Assembly (NCBI RefSeq): GCF_006345805.1
Contig: NC_043004.1
Location: forward strand, 26,102,001-26,166,000
DNA from: Octopus sinensis
Taxonomy: Eukaryota
Length of the DNA: 64,000 nucleotides
Direction: 5' to 3'
Shown here: positions 1 through 10,268 of the stretch, piece after piece
Layout of the letters: each line of letters opens with the position of its first letter
Position numbering within the stretch: the first letter of the stretch is position 1
Translations under genes and position numbers: made by a program
The notes under the pieces: generated by a model
What the model was told of the DNA's origin: nothing
What the model saw: the letters and a program-made list of their open reading frames with translations, nothing else
Databases searched by the model: none

Positions 1-1662
1 AGAGGAGTGTCGATTGAGATCAAAAAGGTGTGCCGGCATAGATCAAAGATGGTGCCGACAGAGATCAAATAGGGTACCGACAGACATCAAAGAGGGTGCC
101 GAGATAGGTCAAAGACGAGTGCCGACAGAGATCAAAGAGGGGTGCCGACAGAGATCAAAGAGGAGTGCCGACAGAGATCAAAGAGGGGTGCCGACAGAGA
201 TCAAGTAGTGCCGCCATAGATCAAAGAGGAGTGCCGACAGAGATCAAAGAGGAGTGCCGACATAGATCAAAGATGACTTCTGACAGAGATCGAAGATGAG
301 TGTCGATAGAGATCAAAGGGGAGTGCCGACAGATATCAAAGAGGATTGCCGACAGAGATCAAAGAGGAGTGCCGGCAGTGATCAAAGAGGGGTGCCGACA
401 GAGATCAAAGAGGGTGCCGACATAGATTAAAGAGGAGTGTCGACATAGATCAAAGAGGAGTGCCGACAGAGATCAAAGAGGAGTGCCGACAGAGATCAAA
501 GAGGAGTGACGACAGAGATCAAAGAGGGGTGCCGACAGAGATCAAAGAGGGTGCCGACAGAGATCAAAGAGGTGTGCTGACATAGATCAAAGAGGAGTGC
601 CTACAGAGATCAAAGAGGAGTGACGACAGAGATCAAAGAGGGGTACCGACAGAGATGAAAGAGAGTACCGACAGACATCAAAGAGCGTGCAAACAGAGAT
701 CAAAGAGGAGTGCCGACAGAGATCAAAGAGGAGTGGTGATAGAGGTTACAGTGGAGTGCCGACAGAGATCAAAGAGGGTGCCGACAGAGATCAAACAGGG
801 TGCCGACAGACATCAAAGAGGGTGCAGACAGAGATCGAAGATGGTACCGACAGAGATCAAAGAGGAGTGCCGATAGAGATCAAAAAGGAGTGCCGGCATA
901 GATCAAAGATGGTGCCGACAGAGATCAAAGAGGGTACCGACAGACATCAAAGAGGGTGCCGAGTTAGGTCAAAGACGAGTGCCGACAGAGATCAAAGAGG
1001 AGTGTCGATAGAGGTCAAAGTGGAGTGCCGACATAGATCAAAGAGGCTGCCGACAGAGATCAAAGAAGGTGCTGACATAGATCAAAGAGGGTATCGACAG
1101 AGATCAAAGAGGGTGACGACAGACATCAAAGAGGAGTGCCGACAGAGATCAAAGAGGAGTGGCGATAGAGGTTAAAGTGGAGTGCCGACAGAGATCAAGG
1201 AGGAGTGCCGACAGATCAAAGAGGACTTCTGACAGAGATCGAAGATGAGTGTCGATAGAGATCAAAGGGGAGTGCCGACAGATATCAAAGAGGGAGCCGA
1301 CAGAGATGAAAGAGGAGTGTCGACAGAGATGAAAGAGGAGTGCCGATAGTGATCAAAGAGGAGTGCCGACAGAGATCAAAGAGGAGTGTCGACAGATATC
1401 AAAGAGGGTGCCGATAGAGATGAAAGAGGGTGCCGACATAGATCAAAGAGGGTGCCGACAGATATCAAAGAGTTGTGCCGACAGAGATCAAAGATGAGTG
1501 CCGACAGAGATCAAAAAGTTTGTCGGCAGAGATCAAAGAGGAGTGCCGACAGAGATCCATGAGGAGTGCCGACAGTGATCAAAGAGGTTGCCGACAGAGA
1601 TCAATGAGGAGTGCCGACAGAGATCAAGGAGGTTGCCTACAGAAATCAAAGAGGAGTGCCGA
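1..1662. repeat. 22-23 bp tandem satellite/minisatellite, consensus GAGGAGTGCCGACAGAGATCAAA; runs off the left edge
   Basis: About 70 contiguous degenerate copies read directly. The ORFs here (RSKRSADRDQRGVPTEIKEECRQ) are three-frame translations of the unit. Confidence 0.95.
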
Positions 1663-1800
1663 CAGTCATTCCAGTCATTCCTGACATTCCATACATTTAT
1701 GAAATTCCAGACATTCCAATTCATGACATTCCAGACATTCCCGATATTTCTGATATTCCAGGCATTCCAGACATTCCTGACATTCCATTCCTGATATCCA
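1663..1800. repeat. Degenerate 9-bp tandem repeat (GACATTCCA/T)
   Basis: Repeated gacattcca/gacattcct/gatattcca units directly after the satellite. Confidence 0.8.
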
Positions 1801-2359
1801 CATCCACTTATATATTAATGATGTACACAAATACATGACAGGTTTACATATTACTGAAATATGCATGATATATAAAATTAATAAATTATTAATATCACAA
1901 ATTTTAAAAATTAATAAAAGCATGCAAAACACTATAAAAACCAATGAAAAGACAAAAGGAACAGTAAGGTGATATATGTTGATTTCTTAGCTATTTCTGT
2001 TTTTTATTGGGTATTTCTACAATGAATAGATGCTAAACTATAAATTTCACATGGTACAACTTTAAAGTTGACGCCGCTAAACGCAGAAAATTTCTGTCTC
2101 GCTATTGGCTAAAAATACAATACACAGTTGGTTCGATTTTTAAATCTCTGTAACTTTTCTGCCAATTTTTTCTTCACAACATATAGCAATGTTCATAGCA
2201 ATAAGAGTGGAAAACTACATTAATAAAGCCGATTTTCAGATATTTCACCTTCTTTTAAAAAAATGCAGATTTTGTGAATCAGTTTAACTAGATCCACTGT
2301 GTGTGCTGATAATTGTCATTAACATGATTTTTATCCTCATTTTATGTATATATATATAT

Positions 2360-5300
2360 GTGTCTTTAGCCCTTTCAAACGGGTCCACCATACAACCTCT
2401 TTCGCTACAGCCACTAGGCAAATAAAAATTGCCTTACCCACCCGGCCAAAAGAGGGCGGGGGGGCAATCTTAACAACGTATTCAGCTGATAGCCGGATCC
2501 GTCCTACACGTGACAGCAGGAATTTGACATAAACCCACAGGCCAGCAATACTCGGGCACTAGACTAGGGAGTGTAGAACGGTTTCATCGTTCTGAGTGCA
2601 CCTCGGGCAGGCCAGGCTGACAGAACTTCTGTGCCTGTAAAATTTATCTCGAACAGGCAGCGCCCCTCGGTAACACTACTGGGCAAGGGATTTCTGGAAG
2701 TTATCCATAGTCCCAGGCCCGAATGTTCTCCGAAACAGACCGGTTAGTTGATCTTCATCGACATCCAGATTTTCCCTGAGGATGTCGTTGGACTTTCCAT
2801 CCACAAGCCCGCTAAAGAACGCTAGATTAGAATTACCAACGACCGTTGCCCGCCTGGCGGTGGGCTGTGAGCACTTGACGGTACTCAAGATGCCAAGCGG
2901 CCCTCCTCGCTCTACGCCTAATCCAGGATTACAACTCAGTCAAAGAGACGAGCTGTGGAAAAGTGTGTCTTACAAACGGGGACCACATCTGATCACCGCT
3001 AAGGAAACTCTGGAGAAGCTGCAACCTACCCAGCCTTTCATTCGGCGACTGTTGATAGTAGATGGAGCGCCTGACCAGTGGAACGCGCCCCTTCCTCAGA
3101 AATCGGAAGAGTAAGAGTACCAGCTTGGTTAACTAGCAAACAGGGCAAGGGACGACAGTCAAGCGGTAATAGATAACGGATACGATGTACGCATTCGCCG
3201 TCTCCACTCGACCTTTCAGAGACAGCTTTCTCTCGGCCCATTTCTGGGTGAGATTGGCTACCCTGCTCGTCACCTCGTCCCAGTTCATCTACATCTGGGA
3301 CACCGGACTAAACCAAACCCCGAGCAACTTAACGGGACCGTCTGTCCAGTGCCCCATCACGCTGTTGGACGGCATGAGCTTGCCTCTCCAGGTGCCGAAT
3401 TGCAAGCCCACTGACATTTCCGTGTTAATTTTAGCTCCTGTCACCGCTTCATATTCTTGTAGTGTTTCGCCAATCAGGTCTATATGCCTGTGGTTCGACA
3501 CTATGACGGCGACATCATCAGCGTAAGCAGACACCCCTCTCCTACATCCTAGATCATGTGGGACACCCCTCAAAGCCTCCAGCTTCCGCAGTAATGGTTC
3601 AAGAGTCACTACATAGAGATGGGGAAGAGAGAGGGCACACTTGATGAACAGAACGCAAGATGCTGAATGGCTCCGCGAGGTGACCATTCACCCGAACAAC
3701 CGAGTAGATGCTGCTGTACGAAGCAGCGATCCAACTACGGAAAACTGAACCGAAACCGGCTGCCCTGAGGACATCCGCCCAAAGCTTTAGATTGATCTAA
3801 ATTGATCAGAGCCCCACCCATGCCAGCTTTGTTACCCACCCTCTCTAATGATGTAGCGCAGAAGATGTAGGTTATCGTGAACACTCCTGGTTGAGAAGGC
3901 GCACGTTTGTGCCTCGCCAACCAGTTTGTCCACAAGCACCAACCTCTTGGCTAACACCTTGGCCAAAATCTTCAACTCTGCATGGAGCAGAGTGATGGCC
4001 AGAAATTATTTATAATGTCCCCCCTTGTTTGGGTCCTTTCTCAGCAATGCCACTACCCCACGACAGACAAAAGTGGGAATTCTCCTATTTTGCTGTCAGT
4101 TGCAGTAGACGGTTACTAAGAGGCCCGCAAACAAGTCTGGCATCGAAGTATAAAACTCGTAGGGCAGACCATCCAAACTCGTGCAACTCTTCATCGCTTC
4201 CTGTATCTCCGCAGCTGTTATCAGCCTTTCGCAGCACTCTGCTTCGCTCATCGAGAGTCGTGGCAGGCCGTCCAGGTGAACATCGAAGTCTGCCTTTTTA
4301 TCCGTCCTACCATTCGTCCCGAACAGTCGAGCAAAGTGCCGCGGAAAAGCCACACACATCTGTTTCGGCTCGAACACCACGCATCCGCTCTGGTCCACCA
4401 AAGACCGAATGGTGGCTTTATTGCCACTTTTCGCCTCCGCCACGCGGGACTATCGTGACACGTTCGGTCCCTCCCCGCTCAGTGAACGTGCCTTGGCTCT
4501 GACAACGCAGCCATCGTGTTTGACGTCGAAAAATTAGTCGATGGCCAATCTAACTTCCTAACTAAATCTTCCTCTATTCTATTTCTCTCTACCGCTAATG
4601 CCTTGTTAAACCTAATCGATTCTACTCTAATTGCCTTTTTAAGAACAAACCGCCAGTTGTTGTTGACGATTGCACCCGTCAACGCCCGCTTAACTAATTC
4701 GCTAATCCGGTCTCTGTAAGCTTGACACGCTGGTAACGACGTGTTCAGCTTCCAGTAACCGGAACCCCGTCTATGAAGCCTACCTAAGTTGACCGTACAG
4801 ATCACAAATTTGTGATCTGTGTAGTCGACCATGTGAAATTGTGGACGCCCTATCCTATCCTTGTCCACTGGCCTACAAAATACTCTATCTAGATACGATC
4901 TAGATGTCCCGATGCGGTTTGTCCAAGAGAACATTTACACATTCGGGTAATCTAGTCGGTTCCTGTCACACAACTGAAAAGGCGTGAGCAAGTTTTTGAG
5001 ACTTTTGCACTTGCCTCTCCAATCAGGTACTCCCATGCAATCGAAACGTCTATCTAAGAGAGCATTTCAATCCCCTACTAATACTTAAGTCCGAGAAGTT
5101 CCCAGGACCTCCAGATGCTTGAAGTAATCAGACCGCCCAGCCCTTGTCTGAGCATAGTCAGCGACCAATGTGAAAGCACCGCCGTCACCGCTGTTTTGAT
5201 CGGGAAGCGGGATATTCGTGCAGCACGAAGTTTTGTCAGTGAACAGGTCGCGGTCTCAAAGCGACGAAAATATTTTGACAAATTAAATTTAAATGTTGAA

Positions 5301-5425
5301 GTGAATCTAACGGTTTTGTGTGTTTCTTAAATGGCTTGTAAACACCTTCCACGCTGCAATTGTTTTCGTTCCAGCACACGGTCTCAGATAAAGTCACTCG
5401 CTATGCAAGTACATCTCCAGAATAA
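2360..5425 (-). mobile_element. Tx1/L1-clade LINE, decayed ORF2 (APE endonuclease + RT), missing its 3' end
   Basis: Minus-strand peptides VLVGDWNALLD, SYLDRV..DHK (endonuclease), GYWKLNTSL, LINLDQSKA, SAYADDV (RT). Many stops and frameshifts. Homologous to 47685-49860. Confidence 0.9.
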
Positions 5426-5735
5426 TAATAAAAAATGTTACAGTGATGGGGTCCTCCTGCTACAGTTGGACGTCTAGGGATAATCGAGGAACCCCACCAT
5501 CCAAGATCACCCTGAATACCAAGGACAAGTGCCTTTCCAACTCCTTTCCTTCGACTCACAGATCTACATGTACGATCCACTCTTGCTATGTTCCCAACTT
5601 TTATTCACTTTTTGATAAATTCACTTGAGGACAGCACCTCCCTCTCCACCTTCAATTTCCTTTTCAAGTGAAACTTGAAAAAGTCTATGAAGGCTTTATC
5701 AAAGAGGAATGTCTGTGTCCTCATTCCTCTCAGCC
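5425..5735 (-). mobile_element. Tx1-clade LINE 3' end fragment (ORF2 C-terminus + 3'UTR, short ATT tail)
   Basis: The reverse complement encodes DFFKFHLKRKLKVERE, matching the C-termini at 49370-49410 and about 10350-10400. Confidence 0.75.
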
Positions 5736-5749
5736 TCGTTGAATTTTGA

Positions 5750-6055
5750 ACCAAACACCTATGTTTCCAAAGGTGAATTATCCAAACCCTAAAGGATTCC
5801 TCTCAACACATGGCTATGATGCTCCCCAAATACTTCTGCTCATGATCAGAGATGCACACATCGTCAGCCACTAAGGGACATGGTCAACTGGTTAAGGTCA
5901 AACAACTGAAAAGCAAATCTGTGGTATTGAGTAGAATATTTGCTGTAGCCCATCTTTTATACCAAGACAAAACAATGTACATGATAACACTGCCAATCAG
6001 TTAAGATCATAAGCCACGAAAGCCACTGTCTGGTACTGCTTCAGAGCATTTAGCA
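5750..6055 (-). mobile_element. Partial copy of an (AAT)n-associated non-coding interspersed repeat ('element X')
   Basis: Reverse complement of 7870-8170 (roughly 85% by eye); abuts an (ATT)n tract. Confidence 0.75.
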
Positions 6056-6068
6056 TTATTATCATTAC

Positions 6069-6114
<46 letters not shown>
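6056..6114. repeat. (ATT)n microsatellite
   Basis: Direct reading. Confidence 0.95.
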
Positions 6115-6706
6115 GATTCTTTTTTCTTCCTTCAATTTTGTTTCCATTTCTGGCCGAGTGCCTTATCGACTCCTTGGACAAACAAAAATTACTGTGTACA
6201 TTGATAGGCCTTTAAAATAAACACGCCAGACTGTCCATTTACAAAATCAAAAAATTATGTAAAAATATTTATTTACATGGAAGGGAGCTTTAGGTTAGTT
6301 AAAATATGTTTGTGACATATTTCAACTTCTCCGCTTACTGTGTAGAAATAAATCCCTCTCAGTGTAAAAGGTATAATGATAATAATATAGATGCCAACTT
6401 TTAGCTCCAGTAGAGTATAAATCAAGACATGACAGAGTTGTCCTATTTCTACACTGGTGAATATGTCGACATTATAAAAATAAGAACGATGTCCTTCCAT
6501 GTAAATACTTTGTTTTTACATAAGTTTATTTGATTTTGTAAATGAACAGTCTTTTTTGTTTGCTTAAATGGCCTATCAACGTAGACAGTAATTATATTTG
6601 ATTATGTAAATGAGCAGTCTGGTGTGTTTATTTTAATAGCATATCAACGTATACAGTAATTTTTGTTTGTCCAAGGTGTCGAGAAGGCACTCTGCAAGGA
6701 AGACTC
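6115..6706. mobile_element. MITE-like element with ~130-bp imperfect terminal inverted repeats
   Basis: 6156-6284 is the reverse complement of 6493-6692, e.g. ccttggacaaacaaaaattactg / cagtaatttttgtttgtccaagg. The right arm has a ~70-bp internal duplication. No ORF. Confidence 0.8.
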
Positions 6707-6743
6707 AATAATAATAATAATAATAAAAATAATAATAATAATA

Positions 6744-6791
<48 letters not shown>
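6707..6791. repeat. (AAT)n microsatellite
   Basis: Direct reading. Confidence 0.95.
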
Positions 6792-6792
<1 letters not shown>

Positions 6793-7059
6793 GCCAACGC
6801 ATTACACACTCAACACACAATACAAGACTGCACCACACCTCAAGAGAAAAAAAACCCCTAACACAACACAATACCGGGAAGAGTTTGCGTTCTCCCTACA
6901 ACAGAAATGAACGCACAATGCCGCATACACCCCAGCAACACGGAGGTGTAGCAGGTGATGCAATAGAAATTTGCTTCAAACTACCAAATGTTAAACAATT
7001 ATATAATAATAATAGTTTCAAACTTTGGTACAAGTCCAGCAGTTTTGGGGGAGGGGTAA

Positions 7060-7219
7060 GTCGACTACATCGACACATGTGTTCAACTAGTACTTAATTT
7101 ATCTTCCCCGAAAGGATGAAGGGCAAGACCGTGCGGAATTTGAACTCAGAACGTGAAAACGGACGAAATGTCGCTAAGCATTTTGCCCGGAATGCTAACG
7201 ATTCTGCTATCTCACCGTC
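7060..7219 (-). mobile_element. tRNA-derived SINE family A, diverged copy
   Basis: Homologous to 15147-15374 (ccccgaaaggatgaa, gaatttgaactcagaacgt, gctaacg). Confidence 0.8.
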
Positions 7220-7222
7220 TTA

Positions 7223-7271
<49 letters not shown>

Positions 7272-7274
7272 TAA

Positions 7275-7869
7275 CCACTAGAAAACGTGGCGACACGATC
7301 AGGTGGCGAAAATGCTACATTAGAAACTGTGCGAAAAGCGGGGGTTAGAGAGAGGCAAGACGTGGTATGAGCACAGACCGCAGAAAGTGGGGGTGTGGGA
7401 CTCTAGCAAAATCCTCTGAAATTTCTCAATCGAAACATATCAGGTGCAAGAGCATAACATCCCGGACCTAGTAGCTATGGACTAGGTGCACCACATATGC
7501 TATATAGTTAATGTTGTAAGCCCATTTGACCCGCGAATAGTCAAGAAGGAAGGCCAAAAGATATATAAATACAACCCTTTTAAGTACGAAATAACCCGTC
7601 TATGAAAAACAAAGAAGGTGAAGATAGTGCCAATTATTGTTGGGTCCTTGGGAACAGTATCGGAAGGCATCAAGAGGAATATCAAGGAAAATGGAATAGA
7701 GTACCTAGTAGAACTGTTACAAAAGGTTTGCCTCCTTGGTACGGCCAGAATAATCATGAGCGTATTAGATAGCTGAAAAAAGCGAATAGCATGGTACCGT
7801 AGGCTGCAGGTAGCAAGCCCGCTACGCATGCAAAACTCCAGGACCTCCAACAAAACTTGTGAAATGATA
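7275..7869 (+). mobile_element. R4/Dong-like (restriction-like endonuclease) non-LTR retrotransposon, 5'-truncated 3' end
   Basis: Plus-strand RHDQVAKMLH, KIVPIIVGSLGTV and LLGTARII motifs typical of RLE-clade C-termini; preceded by (AAT)n at 7223-7272. Confidence 0.8.
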
Positions 7870-8333
7870 AATGCTCTGATGCAGTACCAGACAGTGGCTC
7901 ACATGGCTTCTGATCTTAACTGACTGGAAGTGCTATCAAGTACGCTGTTTTGTCTTATAAAAGACGGCTACAACAAATATTCTGCTCAATACCACAGATT
8001 TGCTTATCATTTGTTTGACTTTAAACAATTGAGCATGTCCCTTAGTGGCTGACGATATGTGCATATCTGATCATGATCAGAAGTATTTGGGGAGCATCAT
8101 AGCCATGTGTTGAGAGGAATTCTTTGGGGTTTGGATAATTTACCTCTGGAAACATGGGTGTTTGGTTCATCATTCTTTAACAACCCTTAATCAGGGACCT
8201 TTATGAGCGTGATGGGCTACTCGACCCGAAGAAAATTTCAACTGCGCCACCACCTGCAAGGTCATGCGCTGTTTATCTTGATATGAGATCACCATGTCGT
8301 GCACATATGGTTGTGATGCATGTGCCTAATGTA

Positions 8334-9598
8334 CGAGGGGCGTTCAATAAGTAATGCCCCTGACCCACTTTCAGCATTTGCAATTATTTATATCTCTATA
8401 GATTAAGTGGCAAATTACAGCTCTGAACTAATTGTGGTTTCCGATTTACAGGTGTTTGAACTGAGTCAAGTGTGAAATGGAGCATGTTGAGTGTCGAGCA
8501 GTGATCCAGTTTTTGTATTTGAAAGAACGCACACCACGGGAGACTTTTGATGAAATGAAAGTAACTTATAGTGATGATGCCCCATCATATGACCTTGTAA
8601 AACGCTGGCATCGTGAATTCAAACATGGTCGGAACTCTGTGGAAACAGCTCCCAGATCTGGTCGCCCCCTTCTGCCATTGATGAGGCATCTGTCTGTCAA
8701 GTTGAGGCTGCGATTTTGGAAGATCGACGCATAACTATTCGCCAAATAGCCCATGAGGTCAAGATTAGTACCGGGTCTGTGGAAACAATCATTCATGACC
8801 ATTTGCATATGCAAAAGGTGTCTGCCAGATGGATTCCCAGGTTGCTCACACCTTTCCAGAAGCAAGAACGCGTCGATTGCTCGAGGATGAATTTGGAGAT
8901 TTGCCAAGAAGATGAGTCAAAATTTTTCAAAAGACTGATTGCATAGGATAAAACCTGGGTCCATCACTATGATCCAGAGACCAAAGCCCAGTCAATGCAG
9001 TGGAAGCACCGTGACTCACCTCCTCCAAAGAAGGCAAGGGTGCAGCCCTCCGCTGGCAAGGTCATGCTTACAGTCTTCTGGGACCAGGACGGAGTAGTGA
9101 AGACAGATTTCCTGGCAAAGGGTGCCACAATTACAGGAGTCTATTATGCTTCACTTTTGAGGAAATTAAGAGAAGCTATCAAAATCAAGAGGCGGGGCAA
9201 GATCAGCAAAGGCATCCTCCTCCTGCAGGACAACGCTCCGATCCACAACTCGCGTGTCGCCAGATCAGAAGCACAGGCGTGCAGCTATGAACTCATCCCC
9301 CATCCCCCCTACTCAGACCTTGCACCCTCTGATTTTCACCTCTACCCAGCCATGAAGTTGTTTTTGAAAGGAAAGCGTTTCCCAGATGATGCAGCCTTGA
9401 TTTTTGAAGTCACGTCGTGGTTGGAGGACCAAGCTGGGGTCTTCTACAAAAACGGTCTTCAGAGCTGCATCAAACGATGGGAGAAATGCGTAACTCTGGG
9501 TGGTTCCTATGTAGAAAAAGACTAATAACTGTTCCAAGTTTCGTTGCTCTACTACTATGGGAAGTGGGTCAGGGGCATTACTTATTGAACGCCCCTCG
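8334..9598 (+). mobile_element. Full-length mariner transposon (irritans/Himar1-like), 37-bp perfect TIRs, TA TSD
   Basis: TIR cgaggggcgttcaataagtaatgcccctgacccactt at both ends; TA at 8332-8333 and 9599-9600; 1265 bp. Confidence 0.95.
8477..9525 (+). pseudogene. Mariner DD34D-type transposase, frameshifted
   Basis: MEHVECRAVIQF..RSGRP, WIPRLL, A*DKTWVHHYDPETK, QDNAPIH, HPPYSDLAPSDF (one Pro codon lost). Frameshift near 8670 and stop near 8947. Confidence 0.9.
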
Positions 9599-9717
9599 TA
9601 CCCATATCAGACATATACTGGATTTCTTATATTTGTACTCCAGTGTCTATTTGATGGCATGCGCTGCTCTCTCACTCAATAATAATAACAATAATGAGCC
9701 ACTGTCTGGTACTGCAT

Positions 9718-9719
9718 TA

Positions 9720-9797
<78 letters not shown>

Positions 9798-9810
9798 GAT
9801 GATGACGATG

Positions 9811-9848
<38 letters not shown>

Positions 9849-9909
9849 GATAATAATAATAATAACAATAATAATGATAAAGATAATAATAATAATAATG
9901 ATGATGATG

Positions 9910-9949
<40 letters not shown>

Positions 9950-10024
9950 TGATGATGATGATAATAATAATAATAATGATAATGATGATAATGATAATAA
10001 TAATAATAATGATAATAATAATAA
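9718..10024. repeat. Compound (AAT)n/(GAT)n microsatellite
   Basis: Direct reading. Confidence 0.95.
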
Positions 10025-10268
10025 AACCTTCTTTATTGGTCAAAAAGACCGAACACAAAGCATAATGGACAATACACAGACGAGGAACAGTGATGTTATA
10101 CATGTAAACCACAAAACAACAATTAACAAGGAAAATTACCCAACAATATATAATTCTCCAAAAGGAGGAAATCCACCGAGAGGTGACCAAAGCAACTTCA
10201 CCCACTTTGGGCCCCCTAACATCAAGGCACCTCAGGTATGCACCCCTCTTCTCCTCCCTTCATCCAGC

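Larger units (their letters stand above)
7870..9690 (+). mobile_element. 'Element X' non-coding interspersed repeat interrupted by a mariner; ends in (AAT)n
   Basis: Homology to 5750-6055. The mariner sits in a duplicated TA. Continuity of the piece after the mariner rests on my recollection of a common octopus repeat, not on an in-window copy. Confidence 0.6.

Noticed and set aside
1-1662. CRISPR array or repetitive protein gene
   Set aside because: The units are contiguous with no unique spacers, there are no cas genes, and the context is eukaryotic. The ORFs have no splice or start support and only translate the unit.
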